From positions 15,144 through 79,143 of the forward strand of contig JBBREP010000005.1 of the NCBI GenBank assembly GCA_038202885.1: DNA of 64,000 nt, read 5' to 3'. A program made the translations under genes and the position numbers. Within the stretch, counting starts at the first letter, position 1, and each line of letters begins with the position of its first letter. Source of the DNA: Acidimicrobiia bacterium (GTDB lineage Bacteria > Actinomycetota > Acidimicrobiia > IMCC26256 > PALSA-610). The notes beneath the pieces were generated by a model. That model made no database searches and was not told the origin of the DNA. It was given only the letters and a program-made list of their open reading frames with translations. Below are positions 28,425 to 37,452 of the stretch, piece by piece.

Positions 28425-28768
28425 ATCTCCCAGATCGGTCGCACCTCGATGGAGCCGACGCGTGCGCCGGGGATCTTTGCCGCGACCTCGATGGCCTCAT
28501 CGAGATCCTTGCAGTCGACGATGTAGTAGCCGCCCATCTGCTCTTTCGTCTCCGCGAATGGACCGTCGCTCGTGATGACTTCGCTGTTGCGCACGCGCAC
28601 TGTGGTCGCGTCGCTCGTCGGGTGGAGCCGCGCGCCATCTTTCAGCACGCCGCGCTTGCCCATTTCCTCGCCAAATGCCATGTACTCCGCCGTCGACGCC
28701 GCGGCAGTTGCAGCGTCCATGTCAGCCATTGCTTTTTCTTCGGTGCAGATCAACAACGCGTAACGCAT
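28421..28768 (-). CDS. YciI family (DGPF) protein
   Basis: [17 protein letters not shown] and SIEVRP; GAGGAGG RBS. Confidence 0.92.
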   Translation of the reverse strand: MRYALLICTEEKAMADMDAATAAASTAEYMAFGEEMGKRGVLKDGARLHPTSDATTVRVRNSEVITSDGPFAETKEQMGGYYIVDCKDLDEAIEVAAKIPGARVGSIEVRPIWEM

Positions 28769-28799
28769 GGTTCCTCCTCAGGGGTACTTGTGCCTCTAC

Positions 28800-28826
28800 G
28801 ACGATCGGCGAGGCACCAGATCGACA
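28800..28826 (-). promoter_or_regulatory. ECF42-type promoter for yciI-sigma operon
   Basis: TGTCGA (28826-21), N17, CGTC (28803-00). This matches the reported ECF42 consensus as I recall it: -35 TGTCGA, -10 CG(A/T)C. Confidence 0.7.
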
Positions 28827-28849
28827 GCGCCAACCAGGTTTCTGACCGA

Positions 28850-28918
28850 TCAGGCTCGCCGGCCGACGAGGGCCAGCATGCGGGTCTGCGCGTCGGCATC
28901 GTCGGTTGCGCGGGCTAC
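28850..28918 (-). pseudogene. C-terminal remnant resembling TIGR03086-family (MDMPI) proteins
   Basis: Manual translation VARATDDADAQTRMLALVGRRA*; no coding-like sequence upstream of it outside coxL. Confidence 0.4.
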
Positions 28919-31485
28919 CGCGGGATCACGCCTGCGAGTTCGAGGATACGAGTCGGCGGGAGATGCTGTTCTGTGATGCGCACACCGAGATGGGCGAGGG
29001 CGTCCTCGATCGCGTTCGTCAACGCCGCGGGCGCAAGGATCATGCCCCCTTCACCGACGCCGCGATAGTTCGCAGGAATGTCCGACGGTGTCTCCACATG
29101 ATGGATTTCGATGTCGGGAATCTCGACGGCCGTGGGAATGAGATAGTCCATGAACGTCCCCGTCTGGAACTGGCCGCTCGCGTCGTAGTCGATCTTTTCG
29201 TAGAGCACCGCACCAACGCCCTGCGCCACGCCGCCGCGAATCTGGCCGTCCACGATCGCAGGATTGATGATCTCGCCGCAGTCCTCCACCACGACGTAGC
29301 GCGGGATCGTCACTTGGCCAGTCTCGAGGTCGATCTCGACCCAACACACATGCGTGGCCTGGGTCCACCCGCCTTCGCCGCCGTCGTATTCCTGGGTGAT
29401 CCGAATCGCTTCGGTCCCCGGCGCCGTTGATCCACGTCGCCGCGCCTCGGCGGCAACCGCGGCGAACCCGATGCCGCGCGCTGGTGTGCCGACCACATGG
29501 ATGTTGCCGTCTTCCACCACGAGGTCGTCGCGGGAGGCCTCGAGCAGGTCGGCGGCGATGTCGAGCACCTCGTCGCGCAATGCTCGGGCACCAAACGTGA
29601 CCACGCCGCCGGCGAGCGCAGCCGAACGGCTCCCACCCGTGCCGACCACGCTGAACGGCGTGACGGTGGTATCGCCGTAGATCACGCGCACGGCCGCGAT
29701 CGGCACGCCCAGCTCATCGGCCGCGACCTGCGCCAACGTGGTCTCATGACCCTGGCCGTGCGGCACCTGCTGGGTGATGACCGAGACCATGCCGTCGGCC
29801 TCGAGCACCACGTGCGCAGGTTCGCCTCCAGCCATACTCCCCATGCCCGGCACGAGCGCTTCGGTGAATCCGGGCGGTCCCGGTGCCGCTTCGATGAAGG
29901 TCGCGACGCCGAGGCCGAGGATCCGTCCCGCGTTTCTGGCCTCGATCTGCGCGGCCGGCCACGCGTCGAAGTCCGCCACATCGAGCGCGCGCTCCAACGT
30001 TGCTTTGGCCGAGACGCGCACGTCGAGCATCGGCCCGGTGACCATCGGCGTCGGGAGTTCGTCGGGCCCCACGATGTTGCGCAAGCGGATGTCGGCGCGG
30101 CTGATCCGCATCTCTCGAGCGATCACGTCGAGCATCCGTTCGCGCACCCACGTCTCGACGGCCCACGGGCCGCGATAGGCCACGTAGGTCGCCTTGTTCG
30201 TGGCCACCACGGTCGTGTCGAATCGCAACACGGGGATGCGGTACGGCCCAGGGATCATGACGCGCATGATCTGCGCGAACATCGTCGCGCCAAAGGGAAA
30301 GCTCGGGTACGCGCCGCCGTCGAGGGTGAGTGCGGCGCGCATGCCCAGGATCACGCCGTCGTTGCGCAACGCCACACTGATGTCGATCATCTCGTCGCGT
30401 GCGTGACCGCCCACCATGAGATGTTCGTTGCGGTCTTCGATCCACTTCACCGACCGCCCGATGTGGCGGGCCGCAGCGTAAACGGCCATCTCCTCACGGC
30501 TCACGCTTGCCTTCGTGCCAAACGCACCACCGATATCGCGGGCGAGCACCTCGGGTCGGTCCGCGCGATCCTTGGCGAGCAGGCCGACCATGGCGCGCTG
30601 CATGTCGACCAATCGGCGCGGGTCGCGGCGCATCTGCTTGGCGATGACCCCCATCATCGGGTTGCCGCCCTGCTTCATCTCCGGATTTGCTGCGAGCATC
30701 GCCTTCACGCCGGCGACGAAGCGCGCCGGTCGGTCCCGATGCGCGAGCAACTCCTTCACTGAAGTACGGACCGTCTGGCGGTCACTCATCAAGGCCAACG
30801 CCCACTTGAGCGAATGGGCCGACTGCGTCGCCGCGTGCACGGTGGTGGTTCCGGTGGCGGCGTCCACCTCGACGACGATGCCGCGCGTCTCCATGGGCTG
30901 ATTCGAGACGCGGTGCTGGCGGAATCGCTGTGTGATAACGCGATCGGCGTCGGCAAAGACGGCGTCGACATCGCCGTACGTGTGGGAGTGGGTGAGCAGG
31001 AGGTTGTCGGGCGCCTTCTCCCAGATCGCGGGCGCACCGTCGGCCAGCGCCTGGCCACTCGTCGCGACGGCCTGCAGTTCCTCGTAGTCGACCTCGACGA
31101 GATCGCTCGCGTCTTCGGCGACGCGTCGCGACTCGGCGACGACAATCGCGACCGGATCTCCCACGTGACGGACGCGCTCGCGCGCCAGCGAGTAGAAGCG
31201 CGGGTCGTAGAGGCCGGCCACGCTGAACATGCCGATGAACGGGTTCGTGATCGCCTCGATATCGGCTCCGGTGATCACGGCCACCACGCCCGGATGCCGG
31301 CGCGCCGCGGCGACGTCGATGCTGCGGATACGAGCGTGCGCGTGCGGGCTGCGCACGAACGCCGCGTGCGCCATGTTGGGCACCTGGACGTCGTCGACGT
31401 AGCAACCCTGGCCGGTGAGGAGCCGGCGATCTTCGACTCGGCGCACGCGCGTGCCGACCAGCTTGCCTGCGATCGCCTCACGCAT
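28915..31485 (-). CDS. Xanthine dehydrogenase / CoxL-family molybdopterin-binding subunit
   Basis: RVEDRRLLTG, METRG, IGGAFG.K, HGQGHET, DTTVTP, GGSRS, NPAIVDGQI.GG.AQG.G and GVGEGG. Confidence 0.92.
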   Translation of the reverse strand: MREAIAGKLVGTRVRRVEDRRLLTGQGCYVDDVQVPNMAHAAFVRSPHAHARIRSIDVAAARRHPGVVAVITGADIEAITNPFIGMFSVAGLYDPRFYSLARERVRHVGDPVAIVVAESRRVAEDASDLVEVDYEELQAVATSGQALADGAPAIWEKAPDNLLLTHSHTYGDVDAVFADADRVITQRFRQHRVSNQPMETRGIVVEVDAATGTTTVHAATQSAHSLKWALALMSDRQTVRTSVKELLAHRDRPARFVAGVKAMLAANPEMKQGGNPMMGVIAKQMRRDPRRLVDMQRAMVGLLAKDRADRPEVLARDIGGAFGTKASVSREEMAVYAAARHIGRSVKWIEDRNEHLMVGGHARDEMIDISVALRNDGVILGMRAALTLDGGAYPSFPFGATMFAQIMRVMIPGPYRIPVLRFDTTVVATNKATYVAYRGPWAVETWVRERMLDVIAREMRISRADIRLRNIVGPDELPTPMVTGPMLDVRVSAKATLERALDVADFDAWPAAQIEARNAGRILGLGVATFIEAAPGPPGFTEALVPGMGSMAGGEPAHVVLEADGMVSVITQQVPHGQGHETTLAQVAADELGVPIAAVRVIYGDTTVTPFSVVGTGGSRSAALAGGVVTFGARALRDEVLDIAADLLEASRDDLVVEDGNIHVVGTPARGIGFAAVAAEARRRGSTAPGTEAIRITQEYDGGEGGWTQATHVCWVEIDLETGQVTIPRYVVVEDCGEIINPAIVDGQIRGGVAQGVGAVLYEKIDYDASGQFQTGTFMDYLIPTAVEIPDIEIHHVETPSDIPANYRGVGEGGMILAPAALTNAIEDALAHLGVRITEQHLPPTRILELAGVIPR

Positions 31486-32011
31486 TGTTGGTACCTGCTT
31501 GTATCGCGCGCACCGCGGCGCACGCGCCGTCGAGGATGCTCGCGTACCCGGTACAGCGGCAGAGATTGCCCGACAGCTCTTCTCGGAGTTGGTCACGGGT
31601 GGGTGCCGGCTCGACATCGAGCAAGGCCTTGAGCGTCATCAGGAAACCCGGTGCGCAGAACGCGCACTGGAATCCGTGGTGCTCGCGCATCGCTTCTTGG
31701 ATGGGATGCAGATCGTCGCCATCGGCCAACGACTCGATCGTCTCGATCGATGCACCTTCGACTTGGACTGCGAGCAGGAGGCATGCACGCGCCGCGTCGC
31801 CGTCGACGATCACGGTGCACGCACCGCAGACTCCGTGTTCGCAACCGAGATGCGTACCCGTAAGGCCGAGCTCCTCGCGCAGTACTTCGGCCAGCGTGCG
31901 CCGACTCTCGACTTCAAGCGTCTCGAGCGTTCCGTTCACAGTGAATCGCAGCGGCTGGAGATCGACGTCGGGTTCGTCGCTCGCGCGGTCGGCGAGATGG
32001 CTCGTCGTCAT
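31478..32011 (-). CDS. CoxS-like (2Fe-2S) small subunit
   Basis: GCEHGVCGACTV, QCAFC.PGF and NLCRCTGY. Confidence 0.92.
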   Translation of the reverse strand: MTTSHLADRASDEPDVDLQPLRFTVNGTLETLEVESRRTLAEVLREELGLTGTHLGCEHGVCGACTVIVDGDAARACLLLAVQVEGASIETIESLADGDDLHPIQEAMREHHGFQCAFCAPGFLMTLKALLDVEPAPTRDQLREELSGNLCRCTGYASILDGACAAVRAIQAGTNNA

Positions 32012-32889
32012 GGCTTGACCTTGGCCTTCGCTCGGGCCGACGCCTGTTCGAGCGCCCGGCGGGTGAGCACACCGGCGACATGACGCCGATACGCGCTCGT
32101 AGCGTGGTTGTCCTCGAGCGGATCGACCTCACGGGCCACGGTCGCTGCGGCCTCGGCCCACGAAGCAGCCGTCGGCCGGTGCCCCACGAGCAGCGCCTCG
32201 GCGGCGGCGATCCGTACCGGCGTCGACCCGACACCGAACAGGGCAATACCGGCGCGGGCCACGGCGCCCGAACCGTTGAGATCGATCTGTACGGCAGTAC
32301 CAACCAGCGCGAAGTCGCCGTGGCGCCGGCTGACTTCTTGAACCGACCACCCGCTGCGTTTCGCGCGCGTGGGGAAACGCACCTCGGTGAGCAGCTCGCC
32401 ATCAGCGATTGCGGTGCTCAAGTAGCCGAGGAAGAAATCCGCGGCGTCGACGACGCGACGATCCTTCGCACTCTGCAGCACGACGCGCGCATCAAGTGCG
32501 AGCGCGACGGCCGGAAGCTCAGCTGCGGGATCGGCGTGCGCGATGCTCCCGCACACCGTGCCACGGTTGCGGATGGCCCGGTGGCCGATAAACGGCGCCG
32601 CGGCCGATACCAAAGGTGCAGCCGAGCGGACGATCTCGGACGCTTCCATCGTGGCGTGGCGTACCCGTGCGGCAATGATGACGTCGCCGTCGGCCTCGGT
32701 GACCGCATCATGACCAGCGACCGCGCCAATGTCGATGAGCTGGCCCGGGCTGCTCAGGCGCATCGCCATCATCGGCACCAGGCTTTGACCACCGGCCAAC
32801 ACCTTGGCCTCGTCGCCGTGTTCACCCAGAAGTGCGAGGGCGTCGTCGAGCGTCGAAGGACGGTGATACTGGAAACCCCGCATCTTCAC
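32008..32889 (-). CDS. CoxM-like FAD-binding medium subunit
   Basis: LAGGQSLVP, IRNRGTVCGSIAHADPAAE and RRHGDFAL; AGGAGG RBS. Confidence 0.92.
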   Translation of the reverse strand: MKMRGFQYHRPSTLDDALALLGEHGDEAKVLAGGQSLVPMMAMRLSSPGQLIDIGAVAGHDAVTEADGDVIIAARVRHATMEASEIVRSAAPLVSAAAPFIGHRAIRNRGTVCGSIAHADPAAELPAVALALDARVVLQSAKDRRVVDAADFFLGYLSTAIADGELLTEVRFPTRAKRSGWSVQEVSRRHGDFALVGTAVQIDLNGSGAVARAGIALFGVGSTPVRIAAAEALLVGHRPTAASWAEAAATVAREVDPLEDNHATSAYRRHVAGVLTRRALEQASARAKAKVKP

Positions 32890-33016
32890 AACAATCGACC
32901 TCCTCTTGCCCGGCGCCGGCTATGCCGCTCGGGCTCCGTGCGCCGCTCGACCGTACCTGTTCGAGCACGCGGGCACCGCGTGGCCTGAGAACAACCGTGC
33001 CGCTTCCCACCCCAAA

Positions 33017-33048
33017 CGAACGGGCGAACGGGCGAACGGGCGAACGGG
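33017..33048. repeat. 8-bp tandem repeat (CGAACGGG)x4, intergenic
   Basis: Four exact copies, then a degenerate CGACCGGC. Confidence 0.95.
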
Positions 33049-33062
33049 CGACCGGCGCGCGA

Positions 33063-34529
33063 TTAGCGGGCGACTGCGTTGTGGAGTGCCAACACCGTGG
33101 GCGCGTCGTACCCCGCGGGCGGATCGAGCCTGACGTGCATCGAGTCGCCGATGTCGCGCTCCCAGTGGACGGCGCCGCCGTCGAGGCGCCGGACCGATGT
33201 CGCGGCGTCGAGCTGAAGTTCGGGGAGCGTGAGGCGAGCGACGGTCGCTGCGGGACCGGGAGCACGTATGAAGGCGAACACGTCACGATCCCGGGCGGTG
33301 TAGCGCACGTCGCCGCCTTCGGGAGGTTGACCGGTTGGCGTGATCCACGGGCGGGTCGCGTGTAGCGCCTCACCCGCACTGTCGGTGAACTCGCTGAGCC
33401 AGTCGAGCCGGATGAGTTGCGCCGGTGCGATCTGTGCGTCGGCACCTCGCGGACCAACGTTGAGCAGCAGGTTGCCGTTCTTGGCCGCGATGTCGACGAG
33501 CGTCCACAGCAAGTCGGCGCGGTCGAGAAAGTGCTCTTCCGACGATGCTTCGTTGTGCCCAAAGCTCTTGTCGATGCCTCGCACACACTCCCACGGGGTG
33601 TATTGCACGTCGTCGAACACGGTGTACTCAGGCGTGCGCACGTCGAACAACGGCGGTTTTGGTGGAACAATGCCTCGGCCCTGTTTGGCGCCCTTGGCGA
33701 CGACGCGATTGATCAGCGCGCGTGCCGGTGGTAGTCGGGCCGCGGCCCAGACCGGCGACCACGGCAGGAAGCGGTCATTGACGACGCCGTCCGGCACGCG
33801 CTCGTAGTAGTGCGCGAGTAAGCGCGCCAGCCTCGACACCGGCGCGGGCCAGGAGATGTCGTTCCACAACACGCTCGGGCGATACCGGTCGATGAGTTCG
33901 CGCACCTGCTGTTCGGCGTACTCGACGTAGGCGCCGCGCGGTTGTGCGAGCGCGAGATCGGTAACGGTGCCGATCGGATGTTCGTTCCACGTCCAGTCGA
34001 GCCCACCCGAGTAGTAGACGCCGAAGCGCAGCCCGCGGGCGCGCACCGCATCGGCGAGTTCGCCGACGACATCGCGTGTGGCATGAAAGCCCGCGACATT
34101 CGGGTTCTTCACCTCCGAGGGCCACAGGCAGTAGCCGTCGTGGTGTTTGGTCACGAGCACCACGTAGCGAGCACCGGTCGCCGCGAATCGAGCAGCCCAC
34201 GCATCGGGGTCCCAGGTATCGAGGCCGGCCTCCCAATCCGCCGCGAACGAGCGATACGGGCGGTTGCCGTACACCGCGCGGTGGTGGCGTGCGGCCGGGC
34301 TGTCGGCGAAACGCAGTGAGTTCTCGTACCACTCCGCATACGGCGAGTGCGCGAACGCGTCGCTGCGCCCCTCAGCGAACAGCTCGCCGATCTCCTCGCC
34401 CGTGGGCGCGAAGGCCGGTACTGACGCCGGCGTCCAATGCACGAAGATACCGAGCTTGGCATCGCGCCACCACGTGGGCACCGCATGGCGCCGCACCGTG
34501 CGCACGGCAGAACTCGGACGCGCGGTCAC
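33063..34529 (-). CDS. Alpha-L-fucosidase (GH29)
   Basis: KLGIFVHW, TKHHDGYCLW, nucleophile LWND, WE...SFG and NGNLLLNVGP. GTG overlaps the upstream stop. Confidence 0.9.
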   Translation of the reverse strand: MTARPSSAVRTVRRHAVPTWWRDAKLGIFVHWTPASVPAFAPTGEEIGELFAEGRSDAFAHSPYAEWYENSLRFADSPAARHHRAVYGNRPYRSFAADWEAGLDTWDPDAWAARFAATGARYVVLVTKHHDGYCLWPSEVKNPNVAGFHATRDVVGELADAVRARGLRFGVYYSGGLDWTWNEHPIGTVTDLALAQPRGAYVEYAEQQVRELIDRYRPSVLWNDISWPAPVSRLARLLAHYYERVPDGVVNDRFLPWSPVWAAARLPPARALINRVVAKGAKQGRGIVPPKPPLFDVRTPEYTVFDDVQYTPWECVRGIDKSFGHNEASSEEHFLDRADLLWTLVDIAAKNGNLLLNVGPRGADAQIAPAQLIRLDWLSEFTDSAGEALHATRPWITPTGQPPEGGDVRYTARDRDVFAFIRAPGPAATVARLTLPELQLDAATSVRRLDGGAVHWERDIGDSMHVRLDPPAGYDAPTVLALHNAVAR

Positions 34530-34954
34530 CGGGGTTCGAGCATGACGAGCGGGATCTCGCGCTCGGTCTTGGTCTGATAGTTGCCGTAGTTCTTGTGCGC
34601 TGCGGTGATACGCGGCCACAACGTGGCGCGTTCTTCGGGGGTCGCGACGCGCGCCACCATCGGTCGCTTGGCCGCGCCCTGATACGCGACTTCGACGTCG
34701 GGTTTGTCGCGCAGGTTGAGGAACCATGCAGGGTGTTGGTCGTCGCCACCACGCGAGGCCACGACCACGACCGTGTCGCCTTCTTGCACCGGTGACGTCA
34801 ACATCACCGCGCGGGCGACGCCACTCTTGCGGCCGGTGGTCGTCAGCTCGAGCACGGGCATCCCTGATGCCTTCCAGCCGACGCGACCGCCAGTGAGCTT
34901 CAACAAGGCCCGGTGGAGGCCGTTCATCGTCTTGAGTGCAGCATCGCTCGGCAT
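34526..34954 (-). CDS. Deazaflavin (F420)-dependent nitroreductase family (Ddn-like)
   Basis: LTTTGRKSG, ASRGG...HPAWFLNL and Y..YQ.KT.REIPLV.L. Confidence 0.9.
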   Translation of the reverse strand: MPSDAALKTMNGLHRALLKLTGGRVGWKASGMPVLELTTTGRKSGVARAVMLTSPVQEGDTVVVVASRGGDDQHPAWFLNLRDKPDVEVAYQGAAKRPMVARVATPEERATLWPRITAAHKNYGNYQTKTEREIPLVMLEPR

Positions 34955-35019
34955 GACATTGGACCGTAGTCGGTGCGCGGACCGACGCGCGGCGATCAGG
35001 CAATCGGCCGGCCAGGCAA

Positions 35020-36315
35020 TCAGGCCAAGGTAGGTATCCAGTCACCATGCGCGTCGAGCAAGGCATCGACGAGATCGTGGATCTGGTCGAGATCCAATTC
35101 GGCTGCGGTATGCGGATCAAGCATCGCGGCGTGGTACACGTGATCGCGGCGGCCGGTGAGCGCGGCTTCGACCGTGAGTTCCTGCACGTTGATGTTCGTG
35201 CGGATCAACGCGGCCAGTTGGGGTGGCAGCGCGCCGATCGTCGTGGGCTGCACGCCGTTGGCATCGACGAGGCACGGCACCTCGACGGTGCAACCTCGCG
35301 GCAGGTCGTCGATCAGGCCCTCGTTGGCAACATTGCCGTACACGACCCGGGGCTTCCCCGTCTCGATGCTGCGGATGATCGTCGATGCGTACTCAAAGCT
35401 GCGCTCCACCGTCGCGGTCTCGCCCCGCTCGAGCCCGGCGCGTTCTGCTTCCCACCCTGCAATCTGCGCCACGCAACGGCGCGGATACTCGTCGAGCGGG
35501 ATGTTGAACCGTTCGATTGCGTCGGGCCGGTCACGCTTGATGAACCATGGCACGTACTCGGCGAAGTGCTCACTGGACTCGGTCACGAAATACCCGAGAC
35601 GGCGCAGCATCTCGTAGCGGACCTGGTTCGCGGGTGGCGTATCGCCGCGCTCGTACAGCTCGCGCAACTGGGGATAGAGATCGACGCCGTCGCGCTCGAA
35701 TTTCAAGTAGAACGCCATGTGGTTGATGCCAGCAGCGAGGTAATCGATGTCGCGGTATGCGATGCCGAGATCGAGCGAAAGTTCGAACGCCGTTCCCTGC
35801 ACGCTGTGGCAGAGCCCGACGGTGCGCACGTTTGTGGCGCGATTTACCGCGCGGCAGTTGATCGCCATCGGGTTCGTGTAGTTGAGGAACCACACGTCGG
35901 GACAGACTTGCTCCATGTCGGCGCACATCGAGAGCATCACGGGAATCGTGCGCAGCCCCCGCATGATGCCGCCGATGCCGAGCGTGTCGCCGATGGTCTG
36001 ACGCAGACCGAAGCGCTTCGGCACTTCGAAGTCGGTCACAGTGCAGGGTTCGTAGCCGCCCACTTGGATCATGTTGATCGCGTAGTCGGCGCCGTCGAGC
36101 GCCGCCCGCCGGTCGGTGGTCGCGACGATCTTCGCCGGCACGTCGAGCACTGCTGCAATGCGTCGTGCGACCAGTTCCGATGTCGCCAGCCGATCGGCGT
36201 CGATGTCGAACAGGACGATCTCGGAGCCGCCAAGCTCCTCGAAGCCGAGGATGTCGCCGAGCAGATTGCGGGCAAAGACGGTGCTACCCGCGCCAATGAA
36301 GGTGATCTTGGCCAT
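35020..36315 (-). CDS. melA: NAD+/Mn2+-dependent alpha-galactosidase (GH4)
   Basis: KITFIGAGS, QTIGDTLG.GGI.RGLRT, LNYTNP, GLCHSVQ, GINH and TESSEH. Confidence 0.85.
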   Translation of the reverse strand: MAKITFIGAGSTVFARNLLGDILGFEELGGSEIVLFDIDADRLATSELVARRIAAVLDVPAKIVATTDRRAALDGADYAINMIQVGGYEPCTVTDFEVPKRFGLRQTIGDTLGIGGIMRGLRTIPVMLSMCADMEQVCPDVWFLNYTNPMAINCRAVNRATNVRTVGLCHSVQGTAFELSLDLGIAYRDIDYLAAGINHMAFYLKFERDGVDLYPQLRELYERGDTPPANQVRYEMLRRLGYFVTESSEHFAEYVPWFIKRDRPDAIERFNIPLDEYPRRCVAQIAGWEAERAGLERGETATVERSFEYASTIIRSIETGKPRVVYGNVANEGLIDDLPRGCTVEVPCLVDANGVQPTTIGALPPQLAALIRTNINVQELTVEAALTGRRDHVYHAAMLDPHTAAELDLDQIHDLVDALLDAHGDWIPTLA

Positions 36316-36400
36316 CACCGCCGAGCGTACCGCCGCGGCGTCATCCACCCGGCCGGGCGCCTACGTAGACCGTTCGATGCCTTCTTTGCCGCCCTCCACG

Positions 36401-36796
36401 ATGCTCCGTCGGCGCGCCATGATCGGTTGCACCGTCGTGCTGCTCATCGCGTCGGCCGCGGCATGTAGCTCCGACGCCAAGTCCGCGACGACATCAACCA
36501 CCGCGGCGCCAGCAAGCGTCACGACAGCCGCGAGTGACAAGTCGGCTGCGTCGGCCACGATCGTGATCAAGAACTTCAAGTTCTCGGGCACGCTCACGGC
36601 GAAGGCGGGAGCCACGGTCACGGTCCGCAACGACGACGATACGCAGCACACCGCAACGGCGATCGACGCCACCTTCGACACGAAGCCGATCGACGGCGGC
36701 ACGACCGTGACATTCGTCGCGCCCAAGGCGGGTACGTACACGTTCCACTGCGACATTCACAACTACATGCAGGGAACGCTCGTCGTCACGGGGTAA
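36401..36796 (+). CDS. Cupredoxin (type-1 copper) lipoprotein
   Basis: Lipobox AAAC; Cu ligands H(TAT) and C-D-I-H-N-Y-M. The start is uncertain. Confidence 0.85.
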   Translation: MLRRRAMIGCTVVLLIASAAACSSDAKSATTSTTAAPASVTTAASDKSAASATIVIKNFKFSGTLTAKAGATVTVRNDDDTQHTATAIDATFDTKPIDGGTTVTFVAPKAGTYTFHCDIHNYMQGTLVVTG

Positions 36797-36838
36797 GCGT
36801 CGTGCCGCCGTCGCTCCGCGTCACGCGCCTCGACCCCA

Positions 36839-36881
36839 AGCCCTGTAGGCGAGCCCTGTAGGCGAGCCCTGTAGGCAAGCC
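36839..36881. repeat. 13-bp tandem repeat (AGCCCTGTAGGCG) x3, intergenic
   Basis: Copies at 36839, 36852 and 36865 (last ends in A), plus a partial AGCC. Confidence 0.92.
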
Positions 36882-36906
36882 TTCCACGTACAAGTGAGGA
36901 GAACCC

Positions 36907-37446
36907 ATGTCGTTCGACGATCGGATGCTCGGCGAGTTGGTCGAGCAGTCTGAAGACCTGCACCGCGACGCGATGTCTGCAACGCGCACACCACTGGCTG
37001 AACTCACCGAGCTCGGCATGCAACGGCGCGCGACGGGCGTGACAGACCTCGACGAGGTACGCGCCTTTCAGTCGCAGCGTCGCCGGTTCATGCGTCGCGG
37101 CATGTTCACCACCGGTGCACTTGCCACCAGTGCACTGGCCACTGCTGGACTTGGCACCGCGATCCTCGCCGTGATGGAGAGTCCGGCGTTTGCCGACCAG
37201 GGCACCGACGTCCAGATGCTGCAGACCGCCGCATCCATCGAGAACCTCGCCGTCGCCACGTACAAGACGGCACTCACGCTCGACTTCATCGGCGGAAGCA
37301 CGGCGATCCCGGTCGTCAAGGCGTTCGTCGAAAAGACCATGACCCAGCACCTGGGGAAGCCGACGTCACCCGCAGCCGCAGGCAGCTTTGCCGCGTCGGG
37401 CGGCAACGTGATGAGTTGGGGCGCGCCACCGCCAACGAGGGCTTGA
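36907..37446 (+). pseudogene. Tat-signal ferritin-like protein, truncated after its second helix
   Basis: RRRF Tat-like motif and DVQMLQTAASIENLAVATY; similarity stops at TMTQH (37350) and the rest of the ORF is non-homologous. Confidence 0.65.
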
Positions 37447-37447
37447 A
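37351..37447 (-). pseudogene. Inverted fragment encoding a ferritin-like C-terminal segment
   Basis: The minus strand reads QALVGGGAPQLITLPPDAAKLPAAAGDVGFP, which resembles the C-terminus I recall for this family. Confidence 0.55.
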
Positions 37448-37452
37448 AAGGG

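Noticed and set aside
28915-31485. Aerobic CO dehydrogenase (coxL form I)
   Set aside because: The loop is AYRGPWA, not AYxCSFR, and there are no cox accessory genes.
32945-32966. GCTCGA-N10-TCGAGC upstream of coxM as a LexA SOS box
   Set aside because: The spacing does not fit CGAAC-N4-GTTCG. It could be another operator, but is too short to support.
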